DNA from: Alphaproteobacteria bacterium
GTDB taxonomy: Bacteria > Pseudomonadota > Alphaproteobacteria > SP197
Direction of reading: 5' to 3'
Length of the DNA stretch: 64,000 nt
NCBI GenBank assembly: GCA_965228895.1
Contig: OZ245842.1
Location: forward strand, 2,656,001-2,720,000
Positions 18,088 through 28,152 of the stretch are shown here, piece by piece (the first letter of the stretch is position 1; each line of letters starts with the position of its first letter). Below the pieces are notes generated by a model, which had not been told where the DNA came from, ran no database searches, and was given only the letters and a program-made list of their open reading frames with translations. A program made the translations under genes and the position numbers.

Positions 18088-18909
18088 CTAAGCCGTTAGG
18101 CTGGCCCACGCCTTGCTGTCGTACTTTACGAGGTCGAACCGCATGGACTGATCCATGTAGTCGTGACCGTGGACGATGATCGCGTCATCGCGGATCAAGA
18201 CCACCGCATAGGCCGGCTGTTCGTGACAGCCCGGGATGGTCTCGCGGTCGTCGAAGTGAAGCACCGTCTGGTGCGCGGTCGCCCGGATCGTCGAAAACGG
18301 AATGCCGTGCCAGGACCCGCTGACCGGGCGATGCAGGTGTCCGAAAAAGATGTGTCGGATGCGGTCGGCATAAGGCAGGACGACGTCGGCGAATGCCTCT
18401 TGGTCCTGCAGGCCGATACGGTCGAGGCGCGGAATGCCGACATCGAACGGCGGATGATGCATGGCGATCAACAGCGGGCCTGTCGTGTCAGCAAGCTGAC
18501 GGTCGAGCCAGCGACAACGCCGTTCGCAGTAGCGACCGGCGGCGATGCCCGGCTCGTTGGTATCGAGCAACAGCAACGACTGGTCACCAACGGTCACGAC
18601 ATCCTGCACGAAGCCATCACCATCGACCGGCGTCTCCGGCAATACATCCAGAAAAATCTGCCGGTTGTCATGGTTGCCGATCAAAACACGCCACGGCACT
18701 GTCAGACGATCGAGATGGCGCCGCAGGGCGTCATAGGCCGCACGCTCGCCGAGGTCGGCCAGGTCACCGGTAATCAAGCAAAGGTCGGCGTCGGCGTTTT
18801 CGGCGTTCACGCTGTCGACAAACGCCGCGAAACGATGTTCGGGATCAAGCCCGTAGAGCGTCTCGCCGGGCGCAACGAGATGCGGGTCGGTCACGTGGAT
18901 GAGTTTCAT
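18088..18909 (-). CDS. Metallophosphoesterase / Icc-CpdA-like phosphodiesterase
   Basis: TDPH, TGDL, GNHD, MHHPP, FGHLH motifs. Confidence 0.9.
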   Translation of the reverse strand: MKLIHVTDPHLVAPGETLYGLDPEHRFAAFVDSVNAENADADLCLITGDLADLGERAAYDALRRHLDRLTVPWRVLIGNHDNRQIFLDVLPETPVDGDGFVQDVVTVGDQSLLLLDTNEPGIAAGRYCERRCRWLDRQLADTTGPLLIAMHHPPFDVGIPRLDRIGLQDQEAFADVVLPYADRIRHIFFGHLHRPVSGSWHGIPFSTIRATAHQTVLHFDDRETIPGCHEQPAYAVVLIRDDAIIVHGHDYMDQSMRFDLVKYDSKAWASLTA

Positions 18910-19012
18910 TGGTCTGCTTGTCCGGTGCCGTACAAAGGATCAAGAGGTCAGTCAGCAGGACGCAGTATACGCGGGCGCTCCGGCACTATCATGACATCCG
19001 ACGACCGCCACA

Positions 19013-19915
19013 TCATCGCGGCGCCGTGCCCGCCAACAAGCGCCGCTTTTTCTTTAGCGCGCCGGCCACATAATCCAGCAGGACGCGAACCCGCGCGGTT
19101 TTCCGCAGGTCGGGATGGGTCAGGAGCAGCAGATCGACGGACATGTCCGGAATCGTCTTGCCAAGGCGCGACAGTCTGGGGTCGACATCGCCCAGATAAC
19201 ACGGAAGCACGGCGAGCCCGTGTCCGTCCGCTACGGCCGCCTGCATGGCGATCACGCTGTCGACCTTGAAGCGGCACTGTCCATCCAGTCCCTTCGCCGC
19301 CATCCACGCCACAAGATCGGGGTAGTACATAGCCTCGTCGGGACCGACCCACGGGGCATCGTGGATATCGAAACCGCGGCCGGCTCCGGCAACCCACTCC
19401 CGCACGCCATAGACCGCATAGGCGATCGTGCCGGCCTTTCGCCCAACCAGGGCCTCCGCTTGTTGATAGGATGGCCGGACCGCCACATCAGCTTCACGCC
19501 TCGTCAGGCTGGACAGGTGGTTGGAGAGCGAAATCTCCAGGGCGATCTCCTGCTGTTCGACCTGAAACGCCGCCAAGATAGGCGAGAGAAAACCGATCAG
19601 AAACGAGTCGAGCGTCGCGACGCGCACGGTGCCTGATGGGCGGAGATCGCGGCCGACAACCCGGCGCTCGACGTTCAGCACTTCTCGTTCGATGGCGCGC
19701 GCTGAAGCGGCCACCTCCTCGCCGGCCAGGGTCGGCGTGTAGCCGGTGCGTGATCGCTCAAAAAGCGCGACCCCCAACCGATCCTCGACCCCGCCCAGCC
19801 GGCGGAACACCGTCGCGTGGCTGACGTCAAGGTGCCGTCCGGCAGCCGACAAGCTCCCGGTCTCAGCGATGGCGAGAACGAGCCGGAGATCATCCCATGC
19901 AAGCGACATGTTCAT
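19013..19915 (-). CDS. LysR family transcriptional regulator
   Basis: WDDLR...GSLSAAGRHLDVSHATVFRRL HTH; LFERS; READVAVR. Confidence 0.92.
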   Translation of the reverse strand: MNMSLAWDDLRLVLAIAETGSLSAAGRHLDVSHATVFRRLGGVEDRLGVALFERSRTGYTPTLAGEEVAASARAIEREVLNVERRVVGRDLRPSGTVRVATLDSFLIGFLSPILAAFQVEQQEIALEISLSNHLSSLTRREADVAVRPSYQQAEALVGRKAGTIAYAVYGVREWVAGAGRGFDIHDAPWVGPDEAMYYPDLVAWMAAKGLDGQCRFKVDSVIAMQAAVADGHGLAVLPCYLGDVDPRLSRLGKTIPDMSVDLLLLTHPDLRKTARVRVLLDYVAGALKKKRRLLAGTAPR

Positions 19916-20016
19916 ACATGCAAGCTTAGTTGTCGATTTCTTGGAATTGCTGTTCGCCAGTCAACAGGTCAATTGACTGCCATGCAAACGGAAAAAACCT
20001 CTTAGGGATCTCATTC

Positions 20017-20766
20017 ATGCACGCGCTGATCGTTTTCTGTCACCCCGAGCCCGCCTCGTTCAACGCGACCTTAAAGGATGTCGCGATCAAGACACTGACC
20101 GCGCTGGGGCACACAACGGAGGTCAGCGACCTGCACGCGGACGGTTTCGACCCCGTCGAAAAGGCCGAACATTACGCGTGCCGGAAGGACCCGCTTGTAT
20201 TCGATGCGACGACCGAGCAGCGCTACGCCGGTCAAACCGCCACACTGCCCCGGGCCGTTCGCCGCGAGATCGACCGATTGGAACGCGCTGATCTCGTGGT
20301 TCTGCAGTTTCCGCTGTGGTGGCATGCCCAGCCTGCCATGCTGAAAGGCTGGTTCGACCGGGTGTTTATCAACGGCGGCCTCTACACCAGCACCATGCGT
20401 TACGACCGCGGCTACTTTCGCGGCAAACGGGCGATATGCTCGGTGACAACCGGCGCACCGGAAGCGGCATTCGAAGGCAACGGCCGCGGCGGCAACATGG
20501 AGACCATGCTGTGGCCGATACAGTACTCTCTCTATTACATGGGCTTTGCCGTGCTGCCGCCCTTTCTCGCTCACGGCGTTCAATCGCAGTCAGACTTCGT
20601 GCGTCTGGAGGGGCGGAACTTTGACGAGCACTTGGAAGGTCATCAGGGCGCTTTGGCCGAACGGCTTGAGCAGTGGCAGCGGGACGAACCCCTTCCCTTC
20701 CCTGGCTGGGATGATTGGGATGAGGCCGGCCACGCGAAAACCGCGATCGCGACTGGCAGCCCGTGA
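20017..20766 (+). CDS. NAD(P)H:quinone oxidoreductase, flavodoxin-like fold
   Basis: HPEPASFN, QFPLWW..PAMLKGWFDRV, TTG; divergent from the LysR gene. Confidence 0.9.
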   Translation: MHALIVFCHPEPASFNATLKDVAIKTLTALGHTTEVSDLHADGFDPVEKAEHYACRKDPLVFDATTEQRYAGQTATLPRAVRREIDRLERADLVVLQFPLWWHAQPAMLKGWFDRVFINGGLYTSTMRYDRGYFRGKRAICSVTTGAPEAAFEGNGRGGNMETMLWPIQYSLYYMGFAVLPPFLAHGVQSQSDFVRLEGRNFDEHLEGHQGALAERLEQWQRDEPLPFPGWDDWDEAGHAKTAIATGSP

Positions 20767-20813
20767 CCTTGTCGGGCATCATCCGGTCGATCACCGACGG
20801 GAGTTTCGCCACC

Positions 20814-21164
20814 ATGGCCGTGACCATTTTTCACAATCCGCGCTGCAGCAAGTCACGCCAGACACTGGCTCTGCTACAGGAAAACGGCATCGAACCTGAG
20901 ATTGTCGAATACCTGAAAACACCGCCCGACGCCGCTGCGCTCGACGCCGTCCTGACCCTGCTGGGCAAGGAGCCGCGCGACGTCATGCGCAAGAAAGAAG
21001 AGCCCTATAAGGCCCTCGGTCTTGACGACCCCGCGAAATCGCGGGCCGAGCTGATCGAGGCGATGGTCGACAACCCCATGCTGATCGAACGCCCGATCGT
21101 CGTCAAGGACGGCAAGAAGGCCGCGCTCGGCCGCCCGCCCGAACAGGTGCTGGACATCCTCTAG
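20814..21164 (+). CDS. arsC: Arsenate reductase (glutaredoxin-type ArsC family)
   Basis: HNPRCSKSR, EYLKTPP, LIERPIV, GRPPE. Confidence 0.9.
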   Translation: MAVTIFHNPRCSKSRQTLALLQENGIEPEIVEYLKTPPDAAALDAVLTLLGKEPRDVMRKKEEPYKALGLDDPAKSRAELIEAMVDNPMLIERPIVVKDGKKAALGRPPEQVLDIL

Positions 21165-21191
21165 GCAGCGCGGTTCCGGGGCGGACGCGAC

Positions 21192-22406
21192 ATGGCAAAA
21201 AAAATCATCATCGTCGGTGGCGGTGTTATCGGCACCAGTATCGCCTGGCATCTGGCCAAGGCCGAGGCGGGCGACATCACACTGGTCGAACGCGACCGGC
21301 TGGGCGCCGGCACAACGTGGCACTCGGCCGGCAACATCACGTGGATGGCGAACAGCGACCGGCACATCAGGGCGGTCTTTGACGCCATCGACGAGGTCGC
21401 CAAGGAGGCCGAGCAGGAAACCGGATGGCTTAGGACCGGACGCCTGTACCTCGCCCGCACGGCCGAGACACTCGCCTGGATGGAACGCCAGGCGCCGATC
21501 GCCGAAGCGGCGGGGTTTGAGTCGCGGTTAATCGAACCGCGCGACGCCGTCGCGCTCAATCCACTGATCGATCCGGGCGTGCTGCTCGGCACGTGGCTGA
21601 TCGGCGCATCGGGCCGCGTCAATCCGGCCGACCTGACCGCCGCCTATGCCCGGGCCGCGCGTCGGCGCGGTGTCACGCTCCGTGAGAACTGTGCGGTCGG
21701 GGCGGTCCGTGCGAGCGGCAGTGACGTGACCGGCCTTGCGACGAGCGACGGGGATCTCGACGCCGATGTCGTTATCGTCGCCTGCGGCCTGTGGTCGCGC
21801 CGTCTGCTGGCGCCCCTGGGTATCAAACTGGCCCAATGGGGCTGCGAACACTTCTACATCATCCAGCGCACCGATCCGCCGTTGCCGCGCACCATGCCGT
21901 CCTTCGTCTCGCCGGATGACTCGATCTATGGCCGCGAGGAAGTCGGCGGCCTGTTGTTCGGTTGTTTCGACACCGACGCGCTGCCGCTGCATCTCGACAA
22001 CGGCGCGCCGCCGGACGGGTTTGCGTTTTCGCTGCTAGACGAAAACTGGGACCAGTTCGGTCCCTATGGCGAGCGGGCCGTGCGCCTGTTTCCGCAGCTT
22101 CAAGACGCACCGGTGCATCGTTTCGTCAACGGGCCGGAGACGTTCACGCCCGATGGCGAACCACTGCTTGGACCACTGGAAAGCATTGACGGGCTTTATG
22201 TCGCCAGCGCGTTCAACTCCGGCGGCGTCACCTATTCGGCCTATGCCGGCCAACTGATGGCCGATCTTGTCACCGGCAGCACGCCGCGTTTCGATCCCGA
22301 CCCCTGCGATCCCAAGCGCTTTGGCGACAAGGCCGACGACGAAGCCTGGCTGCGCCAAAAGGTTGCCGATACACCGGCCGGCCACTACCACGCGCGCCAC
22401 ACCTGA
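21192..22406 (+). CDS. FAD-dependent oxidoreductase (sarcosine/dimethylglycine dehydrogenase FAD domain, no GcvT domain)
   Basis: GGGVIG, GTTWHSAG, NGPETFTPDG. Confidence 0.88.
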   Translation: MAKKIIIVGGGVIGTSIAWHLAKAEAGDITLVERDRLGAGTTWHSAGNITWMANSDRHIRAVFDAIDEVAKEAEQETGWLRTGRLYLARTAETLAWMERQAPIAEAAGFESRLIEPRDAVALNPLIDPGVLLGTWLIGASGRVNPADLTAAYARAARRRGVTLRENCAVGAVRASGSDVTGLATSDGDLDADVVIVACGLWSRRLLAPLGIKLAQWGCEHFYIIQRTDPPLPRTMPSFVSPDDSIYGREEVGGLLFGCFDTDALPLHLDNGAPPDGFAFSLLDENWDQFGPYGERAVRLFPQLQDAPVHRFVNGPETFTPDGEPLLGPLESIDGLYVASAFNSGGVTYSAYAGQLMADLVTGSTPRFDPDPCDPKRFGDKADDEAWLRQKVADTPAGHYHARHT

Positions 22407-22492
22407 TCGAAACAACGATTGCGTTGGTCGCACGGCCTGCGCCAAGCTCTGCGGTGTTCAATCATCTGTTTCCGTTAAGGAGGGAACCACCC

Positions 22493-22708
22493 ATGAAGAA
22501 TTGGCAGGCCATCTTGATTGCCGGCGCCATGATCGCTGCCGCGGTCATCATTCGATTTGATGTCGACCCGGTCCGCCCGGCCCATGCCGGCATCTTCAAC
22601 GAGCAAGTCTCCAACTGCATCCTGGATGCGGCCAAGGGTGGTGTTGGCCTGGGCGCCGGTGCCGATCTGCTGCGCTCGGCGTGCGAAAGCCTCTATCCGG
22701 GCGGATGA
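22493..22708 (+). CDS. Small hypothetical exported protein
   Basis: AAGGAGG RBS; hydrophobic N-terminus; two Cys; ATGA overlap with next gene. Confidence 0.65.
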   Translation: MKNWQAILIAGAMIAAAVIIRFDVDPVRPAHAGIFNEQVSNCILDAAKGGVGLGAGADLLRSACESLYPGG

Positions 22709-22977
22709 GAACCCCACACCTTATCGCCGCTTTCCTGGTCGCGGGCGCGCTCGCCGCTTGCGATCAGGAAGAGGAGACGGCGACAGACGGCAGCACGGAA
22801 CTGGCGAACCCCGCCTCGGTCTTCTGCGTCGAACAGGGCGGCAAATCGGAAATCCGCACCGGCGACGATGGCGGCCAAGTCGGTATCTGCATCCTGCCCG
22901 ACGGTCAGGAAGTCGACGAGTGGGAGTACTTCCGCGAGCATCATCCCGAAGCAGAAAGTTCGGGCGACAGCGGCTGA
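22705..22977 (+). CDS. DUF333-type lipoprotein
   Basis: Lipobox LAAC; ANPASVFCVEQGG...GICILPDG..DEWEYFR. Confidence 0.85.
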   Translation: MRTPHLIAAFLVAGALAACDQEEETATDGSTELANPASVFCVEQGGKSEIRTGDDGGQVGICILPDGQEVDEWEYFREHHPEAESSGDSG

Positions 22978-23056
22978 CCCGATTCCGCCATGTTTTTGAC
23001 CTAACATCGCGATGCCGGCCGATCGTGGTTTGGCCAACAACAAGAGGGCAATCGCA

Positions 23057-23770
23057 ATGCCGAAACCAAGTGGTTTAACCGCAATTCTTGTGGTCGTGAC
23101 GTTGACGCTAGTTCAAGGTCACGCGCGAGCGGATGAGACGGCGGAACGCATCTATCTGCCTGCCGGTAGCGTCGATGTGGAATCGCTGATCCCGCCGCCG
23201 CCGGCTGTCGGATCGCCAGAGTTCAACGAACAGATGACGGTCGTCGAATGGCTGCAGACGACCCGCACGCCAGACCAGGTCGCGTTCGTCGAGACCACGC
23301 TGAACGTGGAGCGGTTTGCTCCGCTGCTCGGCGATGCGCTGTTCACCGTCGACGGGCTGGAGCTCAAACAAACAATTGACGACGCGATCGATGAAGCGCG
23401 CGCCGAATACGATGGCTTGAAGGAAGTTTACGACCTTCCCCGGCCCTTCGTGGTCAACGACAAGATCGAACCGATTGGCGAAGCGCGCCCGGTGTCGGCC
23501 TATCCCAGCGGCCATTCGATCCGCGCCGTCATCTACGCCCGGCTGTTGGCCGAAGTCTTCCCCGAGCACAAGGATGCCTTGATGGATCTGGCCATGCGGG
23601 TGGGTTATGGCCGGGTGATCGCCGGCGCCCACTATCCGATCGATGTCACCGCAGGCCAGACGGTGGGCGACGCCTATGCGGACGTGATCGTCCAGCAACC
23701 GGCCTTCAAGGAAGCCCTGGAGCGTATCTTCGGACGCCAGCCTCCGCTTCGGACCATCACGGACGGCTGA
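23057..23770 (+). CDS. Secreted class A acid phosphatase / PAP2 family
   Basis: Signal peptide (ARA); K...PRP, YPSGH, R.I.GAHY..D. Confidence 0.88.
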   Translation: MPKPSGLTAILVVVTLTLVQGHARADETAERIYLPAGSVDVESLIPPPPAVGSPEFNEQMTVVEWLQTTRTPDQVAFVETTLNVERFAPLLGDALFTVDGLELKQTIDDAIDEARAEYDGLKEVYDLPRPFVVNDKIEPIGEARPVSAYPSGHSIRAVIYARLLAEVFPEHKDALMDLAMRVGYGRVIAGAHYPIDVTAGQTVGDAYADVIVQQPAFKEALERIFGRQPPLRTITDG

Positions 23771-23787
23771 TGAGCATTTAGCGAAAG

Positions 23788-23824
23788 AAAAAGCACCCCC
23801 CGTGCGAATTCGCACGGAGGGTGC
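23788..23824 (-). terminator. Rho-independent terminator downstream of icd
   Basis: GCACCCTCCGTGCGAATTCGCACGGGGGGTGC hairpin followed by TTTTT on the minus strand. Confidence 0.8.
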
Positions 23825-23871
23825 AGGCGGAACGGACTTATGGGGGGTGCCGTTCTTGCTTGTTGTCCTTC

Positions 23872-25374
23872 TTACTGACCTTGACCGAGCGAAAAGCCGG
23901 GCTCGCCATCGAAGGTGAAAAGATGTTCGGTCTTGATGAAGTCGACGCCTTCCTGCGCCAGCTTGTTCAAGATCTCAACGACCATCGCCTTGTTGAATTG
24001 CTTGCCGGGTTCGGCCAGGAAGCGGCAACGCCAGTGATCGGTACAAAAGGTCTCCGGTAGACCGTCCGGCCAGACCTTGACGCCGCGGTTGGTGATCATG
24101 GCGAGCTTGTAAGCGCCGTTCTGAGCCTGCTGCATGACGGCGGCGAGCGCCACGGGGTCACGATCCGGCCAATGGACAAAAACGTCGATGCCGACCAGAT
24201 CCTTGCGCGCGGGCGGCCGGGGCGTGGCGACCGGCACCTTGAACGAGCGCGCGTGCTCGGCATAACGCACCGGCGTCAACGTGCTGGGTTCCTCGTCCAG
24301 CCGGTCGATAATGGCTTGGGCGAAAGCCGACGTACCGACCTTCCGCGTCGACACGCCGTCGGCGAAGATGTCGTAGGTGTGGACGCCGTCCTCCATGGTC
24401 TTGAGCCAGGCGTTGTGGATGCGCTCGGCGGCCCTCGCCTGGCCGATATGGTTCAACATCATGACGCCGGCGAGCAGCAGGCCCGACGGATTGGCGATAT
24501 CCTGACCGGCCCGGCGCGGCGCCGAACCGTGGATCGCCTCGAACATGGCGCCGGCGGCGCCGATATTGGCGGATGGCGCCAAGCCCACGGATCCTGCGAT
24601 CTGCGCCGCGACATCCGACAGCACGTCGCCATAGAGGTTGGGCAGGACGACGACGTCGAAATCCTCCGGCGTGTCGGCCAGCTTGGCCGCGCCGATGTCG
24701 ACGATCCAGTGCTCCTTCTCGATGCGCGGGTAGTCCTCCCCGACTTCCTCGAACACCTTGTGAAACAGACCGTCGGTCAGCTTCATGATGTTGTCTTTGG
24801 TGAAGCACGTGACCTTCTTGCGGCCATGGGCCTCGGCATAGTCGAAAGCGTAGCGCGCAATCTTCTCGCAGCCGGGCCGCGAGATCAGCTTCAGGCACTG
24901 AACGACCTCATCGGTCTGCTGGTGCTCGATGCCGGCGTAGAGATCCTCCTCGTTCTCGCGGACGATCACCACGTCCATGTTGCTGTGCTTGGAGGCGACG
25001 AAGGGTTCGTAGGTGCGGCACGGGCGGACATTGGCGAACAAGCCGAGTGTCTTGCGCACGGTAACGTTTAGGCTCTTGAAACCGCCGCCCTGGGGCGTGG
25101 TGATGGGCGCCTTGTAGAACACCTTGGTGCGGCGCAGGCTGTCCCAGGCCTCCGGCGCAATGCCGGCCGTCTGGCCGGCCAGGTAAACCTTTTCACCGAT
25201 ATCGATCGGCTCGACCGCAATATCGGCGCCGCCGGCGAGCAACACGTTCAGACTGGCCTTCATGATCTCTGGACCGATACCGTCGCCAAAGGCGACCGTG
25301 ATCGGCACCGTGCCCGTGGACGCGTTGGCCGCCTCGACCGATGATGAAGCCTTGGGCAGCGTGACGGTGTTCAT
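23872..25374 (-). CDS. icd: NADP-dependent isocitrate dehydrogenase
   Basis: GDGIGPEI, KAPITTPQGGG, RENEEDLY, KDNIMK, PNLYGD, FEAIHGSAP, TDHWRCRF tail. Confidence 0.95.
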   Translation of the reverse strand: MNTVTLPKASSSVEAANASTGTVPITVAFGDGIGPEIMKASLNVLLAGGADIAVEPIDIGEKVYLAGQTAGIAPEAWDSLRRTKVFYKAPITTPQGGGFKSLNVTVRKTLGLFANVRPCRTYEPFVASKHSNMDVVIVRENEEDLYAGIEHQQTDEVVQCLKLISRPGCEKIARYAFDYAEAHGRKKVTCFTKDNIMKLTDGLFHKVFEEVGEDYPRIEKEHWIVDIGAAKLADTPEDFDVVVLPNLYGDVLSDVAAQIAGSVGLAPSANIGAAGAMFEAIHGSAPRRAGQDIANPSGLLLAGVMMLNHIGQARAAERIHNAWLKTMEDGVHTYDIFADGVSTRKVGTSAFAQAIIDRLDEEPSTLTPVRYAEHARSFKVPVATPRPPARKDLVGIDVFVHWPDRDPVALAAVMQQAQNGAYKLAMITNRGVKVWPDGLPETFCTDHWRCRFLAEPGKQFNKAMVVEILNKLAQEGVDFIKTEHLFTFDGEPGFSLGQGQ

Positions 25375-25467
25375 GGCTGGGTCCCCCAATCGTTGCCAAC
25401 ACCCGAAACCGGGCAGACCCAAGATCAGCCAGAACGCTCAGAATGTACAATCGATCGTAAGGCAAAC

Positions 25468-25490
25468 TTTGATAGATAAAACCTATCGAA
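25468..25490. promoter_or_regulatory. LysR-type palindrome (ATAG-N7-CTAT) upstream of icd
   Basis: GATAGATAAAACCTATC, about 100 bp upstream of the icd start. Confidence 0.5.
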
Positions 25491-25533
25491 ACGGACTCGC
25501 ATGACCGCTGGTGGTCACATGCCCTGACGCAGA

Positions 25534-26565
25534 CTAGGTCTTGGCCGTCATGCGCGAGGCGCGCCAGCGCTCGCGCATCTTAGCGAGCGATTCCGGCGTG
25601 CCGTCCAGATCGGACCCGAACCACTTGTCGCACGGCGTGAACGTGTTGCCGTAGTTGCAGTTGTAGTAGCGGTGGTGCAGTTGGTGATGGAACGCGCCCA
25701 ACGCGAAGATCGGCTTGTCCTTCAAGAGAATGCTGTCATAGCCGGTGTGTGACGTCGCCGCGCCCAACGTGTTCCACTGGTTATGAAACAGGATGTGGAT
25801 GGGATGCGACATCAAGACGACGTGGATCAAGACGCTGCTGAGATAAAGCACGTGCTCGATCGGATGCATGGAGAGCCCGGACCACGGTCCCGGGTTGTCG
25901 TTCCGGTGATGCAACGCGTGGGCGACTTTGTAGAGCGGCGGCCAGTGCAGCAGGCGATGAACGCAGTAGAAGTGGAACGATGCCCAGAACGGGATCGCCA
26001 GGAACATCAAGACGAACCATACGGGGTGGCGTGTCCACTCCAGGTAGTAGGGCAGATAGTCGTTGGCATAGGCCCACAGGAAGAAACACTCATAGGCCGT
26101 CCAGATCGTGACGCCGCTGGCGCAGGTCCAGAAGATGTTGTCCCAGACCTGATTGCGCGCGAAGAACTTCTTGTTGTCGCGGTCGAGGTCGCGCGGGTCG
26201 AACTTGCGCTTCGTGCCCTGGCGCTGGAACGCATAGAAAAAAAGATGCAGGCCGCCCGCCACGACCACCATCAGACCGAGATTGCGGGCGAAGACCCAGA
26301 GCACCCAATCGACCTGCCACGTGACGCTCATCGCAAGCGGCGGCTGCAGGTAGTACCAGGTCAGCGTCGCCAGCGCGCCGAAGGGCAGGATGAGCGACCA
26401 CAGAAAGAACGGCGAGACCAGGTACTTGGCCAACGCCACCGGTTGCGGCGGCCAGACGAGAAGCGGCGCGCTTTTGATCGGCAGCGGTGGGTGCCACAGC
26501 CAAGCCGTCTTGGCCGCGCCGGGTTTTGCCGCGCCTTCGTTTGCGCCAACCGTCGTATCCGCCAT
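25534..26565 (-). CDS. Sterol desaturase / fatty acid hydroxylase family protein
   Basis: His boxes HRLLH, HALHH, HHQLHH; GGAGG RBS. Confidence 0.9.
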   Translation of the reverse strand: MADTTVGANEGAAKPGAAKTAWLWHPPLPIKSAPLLVWPPQPVALAKYLVSPFFLWSLILPFGALATLTWYYLQPPLAMSVTWQVDWVLWVFARNLGLMVVVAGGLHLFFYAFQRQGTKRKFDPRDLDRDNKKFFARNQVWDNIFWTCASGVTIWTAYECFFLWAYANDYLPYYLEWTRHPVWFVLMFLAIPFWASFHFYCVHRLLHWPPLYKVAHALHHRNDNPGPWSGLSMHPIEHVLYLSSVLIHVVLMSHPIHILFHNQWNTLGAATSHTGYDSILLKDKPIFALGAFHHQLHHRYYNCNYGNTFTPCDKWFGSDLDGTPESLAKMRERWRASRMTAKT

Positions 26566-26671
26566 GACCGCGCCTCCCGCCACACCTCGGCTGCCGTCAG
26601 ATCAACGGAAGCCGTAGCACAGGATAAAAACAAACGCGATCCCCTCCATGTTGTCGCCTCAGTAGCGATCC

Positions 26672-27844
26672 TCAGCTATCCGTCGGGTAGGCAATGCTCG
26701 CGTTGATGGTCGAGGCGGCCGGCTGGTCGTTGGTGTGGCAATGGGCGCCGCCGCCGGCGAGCCATGAGTCGAGCATCTCGATCACGTAGACGTTGCGGCC
26801 AGGAAAAAACGATTCAAGCCGCGCCTTGGCCGCGGCGTCCGTCTCCGGATTGTCAAAGCCGACGGCGATGACGAAACCGTTGCCGACGATCCAGTTCATG
26901 TAGTTGGTGTCGAAGGTGTACCCGCCGGCGCTGGCCGTGCCTTCGATGGGCATGCGGATGACGTCGAAACCGGCCGCCTCGATTGTCGCGGCGGCGTTGT
27001 CATAGACCGCGTCGTCGCGCCCCTCACCCGGCCGGCACAGAGAGTTCGCCGTGCACTCGGCCACGACCACGGTGGTCGGGTTGATAAATCGGGCGATGCC
27101 GTCAATGTGGCCGTTGGTCAGGTCGCCTTCAACAACCCCTTCGACGAACACGACCTTGCTGACGCCGAAGTGTTCCTTCAGGTCGGCCTCGGCCTGCTCT
27201 TTCGTGTAGTCGGGATTGCGGCGGGGGTCACCCAGCGTGCTCCAGTTCAGGATGACCGTATCGATGCCGTTGAACTCCAGATTGCCGCGTTCGTGCACGA
27301 TGTCGATGGTGTCGAGCGACATGTCGAGATAGGCGGCGACTTCGGCCGGCACACGGTTATCCTTGCCATAGGGAATGTCGGCGCCGAACGCGCCGCCCCA
27401 GGCGTCGAACTCCCAGTTCTGGACCCGCATCTCGCCGTCCTCGATGACGTAGACCGGCCCGTTGTCGCGCATCCACGCGCTGTCGTTGGCGATGGCATGC
27501 CAGACAATGTTGGTGTGGTCGGGATCGCCGCCGGCTTTGGTGATGGCGGTGCGTGCGTCGTCGCGTACGGTCTCGTTGTCGACCAGGATGTGCAGGGTCT
27601 GATAATCCGCGATCACCGCAGACATCTTGGCGAAGGCCTCCTCATAGGCCTTTTCCCACCGGCCGGGCCATTGCAGCCAGACGGCTTCCTGCGGTTCCCA
27701 CTCGGCGGGAACCCGCTTGGTCGTGGTGCCGGTTGCCGGCGCAGCGCTCCCGGCGAGCACAAGCGAAACCAGGGCAGCAAAGGCCGGCATGGCGAATCGA
27801 TGTCTCACGCTTTTTCTGGCAAACACGGCTTGTTCCTTCTTCAT
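26672..27844 (-). CDS. Agmatine deiminase / Porphyromonas-type peptidylarginine deiminase family protein with signal peptide
   Basis: PAEWEPQ..W..WP, W.RD.GP, F.AWGG, T.GHIDG..RF, GGG.HC.T.DQP; start 27844 or 27790. Confidence 0.88.
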   Translation of the reverse strand: MKKEQAVFARKSVRHRFAMPAFAALVSLVLAGSAAPATGTTTKRVPAEWEPQEAVWLQWPGRWEKAYEEAFAKMSAVIADYQTLHILVDNETVRDDARTAITKAGGDPDHTNIVWHAIANDSAWMRDNGPVYVIEDGEMRVQNWEFDAWGGAFGADIPYGKDNRVPAEVAAYLDMSLDTIDIVHERGNLEFNGIDTVILNWSTLGDPRRNPDYTKEQAEADLKEHFGVSKVVFVEGVVEGDLTNGHIDGIARFINPTTVVVAECTANSLCRPGEGRDDAVYDNAAATIEAAGFDVIRMPIEGTASAGGYTFDTNYMNWIVGNGFVIAVGFDNPETDAAAKARLESFFPGRNVYVIEMLDSWLAGGGAHCHTNDQPAASTINASIAYPTDS

Positions 27845-28152
27845 GCTTTGCGATCTGCAGGCAGGCCCTCGTCGACAGATCGACACGTTCAATCAATTCA
27901 CCTCATCCATTCCGTCAATCCCAAAACCACGGGATCAACTTGCAAACACCCAATGGCGAGGCTCTCTGTGACAAGTATCTGGTGAAAACGGTCCCCGGGG
28001 GCAACATCTGATTTCTCATCAAATCAATCGATCTTGCTCATGAGTTCCCTGGACATGCGGAAAACGCCGGCTATGGCGAAGCCTTGTCCCCGCATGGCCC
28101 TTCGCTTTGCCCCGGACAACAGGCAAGACTGACCGGCTTCAACGGAGGCGAC

